DNA from: Tricharina praecox
Lineage: Eukaryota
Direction of reading: 5' to 3'
NCBI RefSeq assembly: GCF_024521635.1
Contig: NW_026250423.1
Coordinates: 1 to 64,000, forward strand
DNA length: 64,000 nucleotides
The translations under genes were made by a program, and so were the position numbers. A model generated the notes under the pieces. That model searched no databases and was not told where the DNA came from. It saw nothing but the letters and a program-made list of their open reading frames with translations. Every line of letters starts with the position of its first letter. Position 1 is the first letter of the stretch. Below are positions 1 to 11,519 of this stretch, one piece after another.

Positions 1-2826
1 AGGCCGGCTAGGAACTCGACCACGTCTTTGGGCTGTTTAAGTACCAGGCGGGCAAAGACGAGGATCAAGCTCTGGATAAAGTTGGGCAGACTGGCAGTAG
101 CAAGACGTGCCGCGACGGCGCGAAGGAGCTCCGGCAGAAGTTGGCCAATGTGTTCACCCGCCTTGTCCACGATTTCTGCAGCGAGGCCACCAACTTCCAT
201 AGCGGCACCTTCGCTGAACTCGGGCCGGAGAAGCCGGTCGATGATGATCAAGGAAATCTCCAGCCCGGACTTGCCAGTAGCATCGTTCCACTTGAGTAGC
301 TGATCGCAATCCAACCGGAAAATCTCCTTCATGGAACTACAACCGGATTGCACGAGATCGGTGTCGTCAGACTCAAGCAAAATCCGCGAAAGCCTAGGCA
401 TGACATTGGCGACCAAGCCCTGTGGGAGCGGTGACGTTCCGTTCCGAAGGAGAGCCTCCAAGACCTCAGTCGCGAGGTTGATAAGAGGATGCTCATTGCC
501 AGAGGCATCTAGGTCCATCATCTGCATCAAGAGAGGCAATAGTTTCGAGCACAGAGGCACGTACATATCCGGAGCACCTTCCGCAATATCGTCAAATGTT
601 GACAGGACGGTCCCGGTAAGGTGGTGGTTGGTGACGCCATTGCTTGCGATAGCAAAAAGCAACTGCGGTATCTGAAGATTGTCGTCGAGTACAGCCGCAT
701 AGTTGATTGTTATCGCTGACCGAACAGTCTCTACCAGCTCGGTGAGGACGTCCTGGCTGTCTTCCGGATCGTCGTCGTCGTTCTTCACGTTTATGAATGC
801 TCGGATGGACGCGATGATGCTGGCCTGAAATGGCTGGAGCGCCTCCACTGGAACCTTCTCACGGTACGTCTGGAAAGTCCTCAATGCGGTAATCTGAACA
901 ATGGTTGACGGGTCGGCTGTAGACGCATGGATGCTCTGTTCCATCAGCTCCGTAACCCTGTCTCCGACTGTATTATATGTCGCCTTTGTCAGGGTCGCCG
1001 CAACGGAATATCCTCTGGCCCGAAGGAATTGGTTTTCCTCATCAGAACTGCTGATGGCGGTGACGATGTAACCCAGCAAGCTCAGTGCGATTTCCGCGCT
1101 GATCGGTCTATCCATCTCTGCGTATTCGTTCAGAATCTGATCCCACAGATGCAAGACTGACTCCTTCATCAACCAGGATTGTCCAGCTCCGAAAATCCGT
1201 TGAGTATGGTCGAATAGTGACTCAATAGCTTGGCTCGGGAAACATTCACCAAGCTTTAAGATCAAGTCTCCAGAAGCAGTCCTAGGAGTGTAGTTTGCAG
1301 AGATGGAGGTCTCTTCCGACAAGAAGACATTCAAGTCGATTTCCCACATGGTCTTATCTTCTCCAGCAATCTGACTAAGAGTGATGCAAGTGAAGACCAT
1401 CTGCGAGAATGGACTCGTATTGGCTCCACCAAACCCTGCCTGTTCGATGTGGTCTTTGACTGCTCGGTTGCCGAGGCATGATGTGATGAAATCAAGCTGT
1501 TCGAGAACATACAAGTCCAAGCTGAAAGGCAGACAATCGACATCGACCAGACGTCCTTCTGCCATTTCTTGGACAAAATCTTTGACGTACATGTCCTTGC
1601 AATGATTCATGTCCATCCATGTGGCGCCGAAGAGCTTTTCGATGTACTGGTTGAACAGGGTCGCGAAATGTTGCCTTGCTTGCATTATTGTCTGCGCCGT
1701 CAGTACAGGCATACCTCCAGAGAGTTCACGGCACATACCCGGATGGCCTGGATCTTCAGCGACACCAATCCTCTGTTCGCGTTTCCGTCTTGGGACCAGG
1801 CAATAGGTGTCTCAAGGACACTGGTCAGAAATGGCATCCACAGGTTCATAGCCTCTTGGGCGAACGTGTCGACCTCATCGCCATGATTTCCTCTCATCAT
1901 CCCCAAAGTGTCGATGCATGATTTGAAAGTGCAGACCGAAAGCGACCGTACAGCGAGCGACCTCTAGCTCAGGATATTAGCCAATACCCTGGATTCCCAA
2001 GGGCAATCATACTCACCGCTTCGTTCGTGGAAACTTTGTACAGCAATTCAACAATCTGCTTAGCCATTCCGAAGAACTGTTCTTCTGCCAATCCCTCTTC
2101 CAGCACGTCTAAAGCCCAGTACAGTCAGATATCCGACAGATGATACAGATGATCCGAGGGCTCTACACTAACCATTCAGCACATGCAGCGCTCCGTTTGT
2201 TTGCGTATCTGTTCCGTCGGTGATGTAGGTCAACAGATTGCCAAGGAGATCCGGCCACTCCTCTGGGTAATCTATCACACAGAGCAGGTGTTAGCGAGTG
2301 ATACCCGTTCCGCCAAACATCAGGCGCACCAGATGTAGCAATCTTTCCGACCATAGCAGCCGAGATCGAGCGGACCTTCCGCTGGTCGTCGGTAGCGAGG
2401 ATGAGTAGCTGCGGCCGGAGGTGGTTCTTGATCTCTGGGGAAGCCAGTGGACCGCGGAAGTCCTCGTATGTGTCGCTCCAACATCGCAGGACATATCGTT
2501 TCAGGGCGATCAGGGCGGCCTGTCGGTCGGATGATGGTAATTCGAGGGCCGAAGCGATGTTTGCCAGTGCGACCGGATAGGCTGCGGCGGGATTGTAGTT
2601 AGCCGGTGGAGCGCTGTGATGAATGTGGGTGTATGTTTTGACTACGGACCATTACTGGGTAAAAACGTTTCGAGTTGAGCTTCGGCAGCGCGTCGAGGAG
2701 CCAGCTCCGGCTCCATTGTCCGCTGGAGGAGTACAAGCAACCTGTGCGGGATGTCAACCACGGCGGTAGTGCCGGTAATGGTGGAATAGCAACGTACTCC
2801 TGCTCGATGCTCTGTGGGGCTTGCAT
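1..2826 (-). CDS. KAP114: Importin-9/Kap114-like karyopherin beta; multi-exon; 3' end runs off the window
   Basis: Spliced N-terminus MQAPQSIEQE|LLVLLQRTMEPELAPRRAAEAQLETF resembles an IBN_N domain. It is followed by KIATS|DYPEEWPDLL and long HEAT-like reading frames to position 1. Donors gtacgt, gtccgt and gtgcgc with recognisable branch points. Confidence 0.85.
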
Positions 2827-3147
2827 CGGAAATGCTTATTGTAGAGAAGTCGGACCAAGTGATTGACTTGTCGGTAGATGTGTTGGAGCCGAATGAAGGG
2901 TGGGAGGTGGGAGGTGATAGTGGTTATGGGGATTGGTGTGGGGAGCGAGATTCCGAGTGTTGATACACTGGATATTCCCCTCCACGCGCCAAGACCAATA
3001 AACAGGTAGCAACGGCAACTTCCGTTCTGAATCACCACAGCTTAATTTGAGCAAGGATAACAACTCAGGTTCCATGTAGGGGACAGAATCAACACGGGCT
3101 TCTCTGCTACCTGTCTTGTCTCTCTCTCTCTCATTCATAACACAGCC

Positions 3148-4654
3148 ATGGAGTATATCCACTCAGCCTGGTCTTTCGCCTTCAATTCACGAACCAGATT
3201 TCCGCTATGGATAATCCCGCCGCTGCTCCTCGTGGACGCCGTGCTCTCCTCCGCCGTGGTTCTCAAAGTGCCCTGTAAGTGTCAATGGGCACTCCCCAGA
3301 GCTCATTGTAGCTAAACAAGCCTTCCACAGACACCGAGATCGACTGGACGGCGTACATGCAGCAAGTGACGCAGTATTTCGGAGGAGAGCGAAACTACGC
3401 CTTGATCAAGGGTGGCACCGGACCGCTGGTCTACCCAGCCGGCCACGTCTACATCTACTCCTTCCTGTATCGTTTCACCGACAACGGTACGAATATCCTG
3501 CGAGCGCAGTGGTTGTTTGTTGCGTTGTACTTGGCGACCCTCTACATTGTTCTGTTGTGCTATCGTGAAGCTAGGGTGTGCCTCGAACCCGCCCGTCTTG
3601 AGAAGAAGAAACGAACGTATCTAACCGTGTAAGGCACCGCCATATATACTGCCATTGCTATTGCTCTCAAAACGCCTGCATAGCATCTACATGCTCCGCC
3701 TGTTTAACGACCCGTTCTCGATCTTCTTCCTGTTCGCCGCGGTGCTGCTATGGCAGAAGAGGATGTGGACGCTTGGGTCAATGACGTACTCAATGGCTGT
3801 GGGCGTGAAGATGAACACGTTACTCGTCCTGCCAGCCGTCGGCGCGATACTGCTGCAAGCCGTGGGGAGGAATAAGGCGCTGCGGCAAGCTATGATCATG
3901 GCTCAGGTTCAGGTCAGTAAGTTCCTGCACTCCTGCCCTACCTCGGCCCTAAATTTTTAGTTCTTGCTCGCGACTCCTTTCGTGATGGAGTATCCCCTGA
4001 GTTATGCGGCCGGCGCATTCGAGTTCACGCGGCAGTTCTTCTACAAGTGGACAGTGAATTGGAGGTTCATCAGCGAGGAGACATTCCTATCCAAAGAGTT
4101 CGCAATTGGGCTTCTAGCCGTCCATGCGCTGCTGCTTCTTCTCTTTCTGGCCGTGCAATGGAACCGGTACTCCTCTCCCCTAAAACCCAATTCCGGTTCT
4201 CTGGCTGACAGTTCACGGCTCCAGTCCCTCCGGCGGTAGCTTTCCCGATTTCCTATCCCTAATCTTCTCACCCCCGGACGAAGAAAGCTTTGAGCAGCGC
4301 CAAATCTCCGCCGCCGTCACCCCTCGTTACGTCCTCTGCAGCATCCTGGCAGCCAACACCATCGGCATGCTGTGTGCCCGAAGCCTGCACTACCAGTTCT
4401 ACTCATGGCTGGCCTGGGGCACCCCCTACGTGCTCTGGCAGACCGGGTTCGGCCCCGTATGGATCGTTCCGCTTTGGGCGGCACAGGAATGGGCTTGGAA
4501 CGTGTTTCCGAGTACGAACATGAGCTCGGCAGTGGTGGTGGGAGTGTTGGGGCTCAGTGTGGCGGGGTTGTTGCGCGATGGCGGTGCGAAGGGGGATGGG
4601 CCGGTTAGACGAGAGCGAAGGGAGAGGGTCAAGGTGACGAAGAAGCGGTCGTAA
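3148..4654 (+). CDS. ALG3: Dol-P-Man:Man5GlcNAc2-PP-Dol alpha-1,3-mannosyltransferase; 5 exons
   Basis: Motifs [65 protein letters not shown]-terminal KKRS dilysine ER-retrieval signal. Confidence 0.95.
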
Positions 4655-4744
4655 TTGCAATTGCCTATGGATCTTATTCGCTCAGCCGCTCTGTAGAGTA
4701 TGAATTACCTTAGATATTCTTTGCGTAATAGACATTATATCCAG

Positions 4745-5219
4745 TCACTCCTCATCATCCGAATTCGGCGGCATCTTCCCCATCGTTGACTCCTCCTCGT
4801 CGTCATCACTGTCCTCCAGCTGTGTATTCGCCGGAAACTCCTTTGGCCTTTGCATCCAGTTAGTATGTTTCCCTCCCTCATATCCTCCGAATCGCTCACC
4901 AGTACTCCATCTTCCTCCACTCCCTGTCATTCCGGACCACATTGACAATGAGCGCATCAATCTTGTTATCCCTCCCCTCAAACGCAACAGTATCCAGAAG
5001 AACAAATCCTCCCCTGCGCATCCATGCCTTGCCACGGAAAATAGGCGCCAGCTCCGCCAGCATCGTCGAGCCGTCGGCGAGAGAGCATGTAAAGAGGTTT
5101 TTCCCTTGCGCTTGGGTTATCCGTGCGATTATCTGTGACGGTGGGAGAGGCGCATCCGGGGGGGAACTCGTCAGGTCGTCGAGGTTCGAGAGAACGCGTT
5201 TGCTAGATTTTCGGGGCAT
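4745..5219 (-). CDS. eIF1A-domain (S1-like OB-fold) protein, EIF1AD-like; 2 exons
   Basis: IARITQAQGKNLF...LAELAPIFRGKAWMRRGGFVLLD...EWRKMEYW|PKEF followed by an acidic tail ending MPPNSDDEE. Confidence 0.85.
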
Positions 5220-5674
5220 TGTGATGTGAGTATGGTGCGTGGCATGGCCGGTGCGTGGTGGAGGGGATTTAAGGTGTTCAAGCTTTTTTTTTGGTTGCGG
5301 CTTGGCGTATGAGTGAGAGTGGGTGAGTGAATGGCAATCGCAGTCTCCTTTGTGAATCGTGGGTACTCTACGATTTGCAGGTCGATCATCGGAAAATCTA
5401 TCGCGTTTACCTTGGATCGCACTTGAGAAGCCGTAGAACACTCTATTCGGTTCCCGTTCCGTTCGCGTTGCTGTCCCTGCATCAAGGAAACGAGTGATAT
5501 CACAGCAGCGTGTAAAGTGCAAAGCGCCCATCACCCTAGCAGGGGCCGCTCAGCTTGCTCTCGCAGCGATCTATCTCCCCACTGACGTATATCAACGGCA
5601 ACTCCTTCACTCCACCACAACCCCTCCATTCACTCTCACTACCTCACAACCACAGCAAAAAAACCGCAACAATA

Positions 5675-6304
5675 ATGGCACCTCCCAGACGCACCACCGC
5701 CCGCCAGGCCACGCTGAGCTTCAAGTCCAAGGTCACGAAGCCGACTCTCAGCAAGGACAAAGACAAGAAGGGCTCAACAGCAGCAATGGCCATTAGCTTC
5801 TCCGACGACTCGCAGGACTCGCAGCAGGACTCACAGGAGTCCCAACCTTCCGCTCCACCTTCGCAGAAGCAGCTGCTGCAGGAAGCTCAGCAAGCCGCCG
5901 CCGCAGAAATCTCAAAGGACGCTGTGCAGATGTACTACTACGAGCTCCGGGAGAGCCGGCTATGCACACCCTGTGTGTTTCCCCTCCAGCTCCTCTTCCC
6001 TTCCACTGCCCTTACTAATAAATCTGAATACCTAGACCACCAAGACTCCCTCACCCTCGAAGAGAAGATCCTCCGTCATTTCGATCTGAGCATGCAGTAC
6101 GGCCCGGCGATCGGCATCACGAGGTTGAATAGGTGGAAGCGTGCCCACCGCATGGGATTTAGTCCGCCGATCGAGGTGCTGGCGGTTGCACTGCAGATGG
6201 AGGATGAAGCGCTTGCGAAGGACGCAGATCTCCAGCGCGGAATGAGGGATACGAGGAGGGCGTACATGGACGATTTCCTGTCGAGTCGGTGTGCTGGGGA
6301 GTAG
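5675..6304 (+). CDS. DNA polymerase delta subunit 4 (Cdm1/POLD4-like); one 63-nt intron at 5973-6035
   Basis: N-terminal PIP-like QATLSF; core EKILRHFDLSMQYGPAIGITRLNRWKRAHRMGFSPPIEVLAV. Confidence 0.9.
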   Translation: MAPPRRTTARQATLSFKSKVTKPTLSKDKDKKGSTAAMAISFSDDSQDSQQDSQESQPSAPPSQKQLLQEAQQAAAAEISKDAVQMYYYELRESRLCTPCVFPLQLLFPSTALTNKSEYLDHQDSLTLEEKILRHFDLSMQYGPAIGITRLNRWKRAHRMGFSPPIEVLAVALQMEDEALAKDADLQRGMRDTRRAYMDDFLSSRCAGE

Positions 6305-6318
6305 CTGCAATGCGGCGA

Positions 6319-6512
6319 GACAATACTCGCAGAGGAAGATTTCTGTTGTGCGATTTCACTGTTGTTCGGAATGGGATAGCTTTCCTTTTCCTTTTCACCT
6401 TTTTTCTTGACAATGCTTGCGGAGGTGGATATCTTTTGTGCGATTTCATTGTTATTTGGAATGGGATAGTGTTGCTTTTATGTTGTTTTCTTGTTTTCTT
6501 GACAATACTTGC
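6319..6512. repeat. Diverged ~90-bp tandem repeat (2 copies plus a stub) between the convergent POLD4 and TMEM42-like genes
   Basis: Units start at 6319, 6409 and 6501 (gacaat.ct.gc). The first two share ttgtgcgatttca.tgtt.tt.ggaatgggatag. Confidence 0.85.
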
Positions 6513-6624
6513 AATTTCCTTGATACCTCTTAGCAATACGAATGATACGATGAGGACATTAACGGACACAACACCTACATATGATCTACAAAGCTCACAT
6601 GATATCAACCGTCTCTACCAATAT

Positions 6625-7220
6625 TTACAGACCACTCCTCCGTCTAGCCTCACCGTCATCCTCGTACCCGCTCCCGCTACTCCTCCCCTCCGCATCCTCA
6701 TCCACGATAGTACCCTCCATTTCCTCAGAAGCAACAGCCTCATACCCACCCTGCTCCTTATCGTCGTCTCTCCTGGAAATGACCACACTCCCGCCTACCA
6801 GCAACGCCGCGCCCGCGCACCACGTAGGCGTCAACTTCTCGCTAAACACCATCGCGCCAAACAATGCCGTCGCCTGAATTCCCCATGCATTAGCCTGCCG
6901 CCTTCCCCCTCCCCTCCCAAATCCCCACATCCGGGGGGGCAACAACGTACCATAAAGTTAGCAGCAGTATTAACCACGCTGACCCTGGTGGCACTATCAC
7001 CGCGCTTCAGCGCGGCCGTAAAGAACGTCCACATGACGGCATTGAACAGTAAGTTCAATCCAAAGAATGCGGCGCGGACGACGGGTTCAACGAACGGGTG
7101 CGTCGAGATGTGTCCCGCGAGCGAGCTGGTAAGGCTCGTTGTTGTCAGCTTTGCGAACAGCCCATTGGTGGCCGCGCATAGCCCGGAGAGGATCGAGAGG
7201 TGGAGCCAGCTTAAAGCCAT
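6625..7220 (-). CDS. TMEM42-like small multi-pass membrane protein (DMT/EamA-like fold); 2 exons
   Basis: SGLCAATNGLFAKLTTT...NAVMWTFFTAAL...VSVVNTAANFM|ATALFGAMVFSEKLTPTWCAGAALLVGGSVVIS. Confidence 0.8.
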
Positions 7221-7553
7221 TGTGGCGAGGGGAGACGCGGTGGTGGACGCGGTGGTGGTGCGTGAATGGGCGGGTGAGACGCAGTGATAAGTGAATGGCC
7301 GAGTGAGACGCGTTGCGGTTCCGGATGACGGATTGGCTCGTGGCGGAGCTGGACGGTCCGCTAGTTAATGCCTAACTCACTGGACTTGAGCCGCATAGCT
7401 TGAATAGGCAGCTGCTAGTCTACTCTAGCTGGCGGGGTCTCCCATGCTGTGCCACTGCCAGTGCATCATCTGGCCGTCACCTCCATCGCCAGTACATATT
7501 CCCTCCACAACTCTACCACAGATCGAGACCGTCAGCCATCCACAATCAAAACC

Positions 7554-7831
7554 ATGATTGAGATCATCTGGTACGCACCTTCCCCTCATCTCCTCGCTTT
7601 CCTTCCACCTGCTAATAGTCCCGCAGCAACGACCGTCTCGGCAAAAAAGTGCGCGTAAAGTGCGAGCCCGACGACACAATCGGCGACTTCAAGATGCTCC
7701 TTGCCAAACATATCGGTACCGATCCCGAGAAGATCGTGCTCAAGAAGGGCACGTCGACTCTGAACGACCGGGTCACCATCGACGACTACGAAATTGGAAA
7801 CGGAAGTTCGCTCGAGTTGTACTACAGGTAA
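7554..7831 (+). CDS. HUB1: Ubiquitin-like splicing modifier Hub1/UBL5, 73 aa; 2 exons
   Basis: [28 protein letters not shown]...LELYYR; colinear with yeast Hub1 and ending in the di-tyrosine motif. Confidence 0.95.
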
Positions 7832-9039
7832 CCTGGTGAGGAGGATGATGATGAGGATGGAGATGAGGATTGAAGTAGATGAGGGAAAGATCAGGCACCG
7901 TGACTATGAGCAGAATGATGATCTGATTTGCTAGATTCTTTTTGTATTGACTACACCTACTACCTCTGGCATCTTGACGATCAAACTGATACCACTATTC
8001 CACACTGCTTCTACTCTTCAAACTCATATCCATCTGGTGAAAGTCCATGTGGATTATCGCCACCACGGAGAAGGCTGTAGCCTGTTCTCCATATCACCCG
8101 CAGGCTGCCCTCCATTAACATCCAAATTTCGAGTGATACACTCTCCAAGCACCTACTCAGGGGAAACTGTTCCTAAGTTAGTGATCAGTAAGGGGCACGC
8201 CCTCGGCGCCCAATAGCTACTGGTGGTATCTATCCGCGGGTCGAAGCTCTATTGGATGGAATGATTGAGGAGAAGCGAAGAGGAGGAGGAAAAGGAGGAA
8301 GAGAAGGGGTGGTTGAACAGGGTATGTGAATGTAGGATATGCGATGATGGAAAGTCCGCTTGCTGTCGACGGCGGCGAGCACAGCAGAGTAACAATAAAC
8401 TGATGAGAATGGGATGCACACCATACGCCACATAGAGTAAAGTGGCAGAGAGGAGGAATAAAATGCTAGTCGACGTAGTCTGTCGAGAAACGCACACTGC
8501 CCATTGCGCTAAATCGAGGCATGTCCCTCAAACATCATGTGTCTCTTCAGATGATAATGGTGGTATCAACGGGTGTGGTAGGGTGAATATCCAAACCATA
8601 GAAATTGCTCAAAGACGGATGGATGGATATGCCCGGGTATGAATGAGCAACATGAGAAACCACATAACCACAAGACAGGGCACAAGACGGTTTCTCCTCC
8701 TTTCTCCCAAAATTTGTAGCTTTCAAGCAGGTAATTATAACAAACACAAAAAAGGGGGAAGTTCAAGCAAGACGAAAGCAATGTAAAAGGATGGAACAAG
8801 AAGCACCTCAACGCCGCAAACCAGAGAATAGCCGTAAGAGACAGAAGGCACATCAGATCGGGAAGGGGTCAAAAGATGATGGTACAGGTTGTTGAGTAAG
8901 AATAGCAACCATGGTAAGGAAAAAAAAAAGATCAAGAAAAAGAACAGAAGGAAAGAAAAAGAACAGAGGGAAAAGAAAAAAACAGAAGCAAATAAAAAAC
9001 AAACAGGAAGGGATGATCATAGGAATGAGGACGAACGAG

Positions 9040-11519
9040 CTACCATCGGCGGCTAACAATCTCTTGTCAAACAGGCTTGAAACACGTTGCTCGAATACAC
9101 TCACCTATACACCTCCATGGCTGCACTGCCTCGACGACGCACGTCCGCATTCTCCGGGACTTCCAATTTGACAGCAGTCTCCTTTTGGTCACCTGCCTTT
9201 AGCTTGTCGTAGTCTCGCTGGCGGTAATTCGATTCATTTTGACGAGAAGGGGAAGCCGAACGACGATTGCTAGAACGAGGGCGAGATGCTTGAAATTTAT
9301 TATCTTGTCCGCCGCGGTGTGAGTTCGGGTGTTGTCTATGGGATGATTGCGTACGGTCTACATACGATGAAGGGGCTGGCGGAGGTACGGCCGTCGGCTT
9401 GGGCGGTAACGGGTGGACTGATCTGTGGACCACGGGTTGATTGCTCTCAGTAGTCGACATTCCAGTCATAGGTGTGTCCTGATGGGTGCTATCCGGAAAG
9501 TTAGCGGTTGACGATAGCGAACCCCAAGGCCGATAGCGACCTACCTGCGGTTTCCGCCTCCTCTGTTCCCGTGTCTATTGCGGTTACTTCGTCTGTGCCG
9601 TCCGTCGTTTCCATGGCGTCTCTTATTCGGCCGTCGGTCCTGGTCCTGCACAGGTTTGTTTGCACCGCCTTGAAAATCGTCCCAGCTTCGCTTTTTGCCC
9701 TCAGACTTTCGTCCGGCAGACGGATCTGAAGCGTCGATACCAGCATTTCTGCGGGACCGATTAGCAGTATATCGACCCGGGAAATGCAGAAGCTCATACG
9801 CATTTGCATTAGCCTTCACACTACCGCCCACATTGACCTTCATCCGCTTGATCAACTCTTCCTCCTCTGCTGTAAGAGGCACCCTTTCGCCGTGCAGAAT
9901 AACTCGTGTCGTCCCCCCGGTGCGAATCGATATCCAAACGGGATCATTCTTCATGTCCTCATCTGCCTCGATATCCGCCCTGTTGATTGGGTTTCCTTCA
10001 GAATCAAAATATTTTGAGCCAACGATATTCTTTCCTTTTTCGACTGGCTCATCCACTACCGGATCGGTCAAGGATGCCTCTGGATCGTGAGTGGCTCCAA
10101 TTGGGTGGTCAACACGTTGCGGAGCGTTCAGCCCTGTAGAACATTCAGTCGGAGCCGCGCGAAAGGGAGGGGGAAATGCACTCACCCACGGCCTCTGATT
10201 TCGTCTTTACCACAGTTGGTGAGACTCGATCAGCGAAAAAGCGCGGCGGCGACGGTGGCCGAGGGGCGGCAGTGTCTGCTGACGGCGGTGGCTGCTGCTG
10301 AAATTGCTTCTGTCGCTCACTCTTTCCTCCTACTCCCCTAGCCCCGCCACGACCTCCCGGTCCATGATGTTGACCAGAATTGTGCGCATTCTGCCTCGGG
10401 AAACTACGGGCTAGTGGGCGGGAGTATGGAGTTGGAGGACCAGCTCCCTTTGACGGATGCTGATGGTAGGAGGGCTGAGTTGGTGGGGGCGGTTGATACG
10501 GTTGCCATCCTTGCGATTGCTGTTGTGGCTTGGGCGGTGGGAAGGATGCTGATGGCACAGCCTGGTATTGATTTGCTTGGGCGTAGGATGGAACCTGCAA
10601 TGGCGCAGGCGCGTGGTAAGCAGCTTGCGGGGGTTGTACTTGAGACGGTTGCTGTGGAACCTGCTGAGCAGCGTACTGCGGGTAGCTGGGGTGGGGCGGC
10701 TGCAAGTGGGTCTGTTGATATGCGGGCTGCGGCGGGTATGCTTGCGCTGGAGAGTGCTGCGTGGCATACGGCGGATGAGGTTGCACGTAGCCACTATAGG
10801 CAGGCTGCGGTGGCTGATGAGGGCCGTAGGTCGGGGTTGCAGGTTGGTGCTGTTGGTGCTGTTGGTGCTGTTGGTGCTGTTGGTGCTGTCGGTGCTGCTG
10901 ATGCTGCTGATGCTGCTGATGCTGCTGATGCTGTTGGTGCTGCTGGTGCTGAGGCTGCTGAGGCTGCGGTGGCTGGTGCTGCTGCTGCCATTGATGGGGT
11001 GGTGTCGTATAGCTCTGAGGGGATGCCTGCCATTGAGGAGTGGTAGGAGTGGTCGCTTGCGGATACTGATGTACCGCGTGTGGTGGATATGCTGCTTGCT
11101 GCTGCGCATATTGTGGTGCTACCACGACCGGCGGGGGTGGAGGAGGAGGAGGAGGCGGGGGAGCGGTGCCCGGCTGAGGAGGAATGTAGCCCGGAGGAGG
11201 AGCGTAACGTGTGATCACAGGTTTGCTTCCTTTCTTGCTAATGGCATTGTTATTGTTTTTGGGAGGTCGCGGTTTCTGCGCCATTGCACCACTAGTGTTC
11301 CCAGGTCAGCAATGAAGCTGCATCACAAAGATTCGTCCGGATAACCAACGCTGGATTCTGTCGACGTGGCTCCGGGCAGAACTGGGCCATATGTGTGCCG
11401 GAGCCGCAGTTGTAGCATGACTGGACGCCCACAGCGACTGGATAAGGCGACTGCTGTGGCGGCGGCATCGGGACTGGCTGGTAGGGTCCGTAGTGGGGTT
11501 GTCTCGGATTCGCGGCCAT
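9040..11519 (-). CDS. Uncharacterised protein with N-terminal CCHC zinc knuckle, long Q/P/H/Y-rich low-complexity region and R-rich C-terminus; ~5 exons
   Basis: CYNCGSGTHMAQFC is a CX2CX4HX4C knuckle. Exons join through plausible splice sites and the last micro-exon gives ...EVYSRRW* with the stop at 9040. Confidence 0.75.
10843..10950 (-). repeat. Coding 9-bp repeat encoding (QQH)n
   Basis: Tandem cagcatcag and cagcaccaa units on the minus strand. Confidence 0.9.

Noticed and set aside
3000..3076. MEPELLSLLKLSC as the importin start
   Set aside because: The ATG at 2826 with a clean gtacgt...cag intron already gives a complete IBN_N-like N-terminus.
4742..4747. Stop-codon readthrough producing cryptic PTS1 isoforms
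   Set aside because: The stop contexts I checked lack the TGA-CTA motif (this one is TGA-CTG) and its extension does not end in an SKL-like tripeptide.
6289..7287. 332-aa plus-strand ORF
   Set aside because: Antisense shadow of the TMEM42-like gene plus the 3' repeat; non-ATG start and no protein-like features.
10411..11344. Overlapping ORFs in alternative frames and strands of the Gln-rich exon
   Set aside because: By-products of the 9-bp repeat and low complexity.
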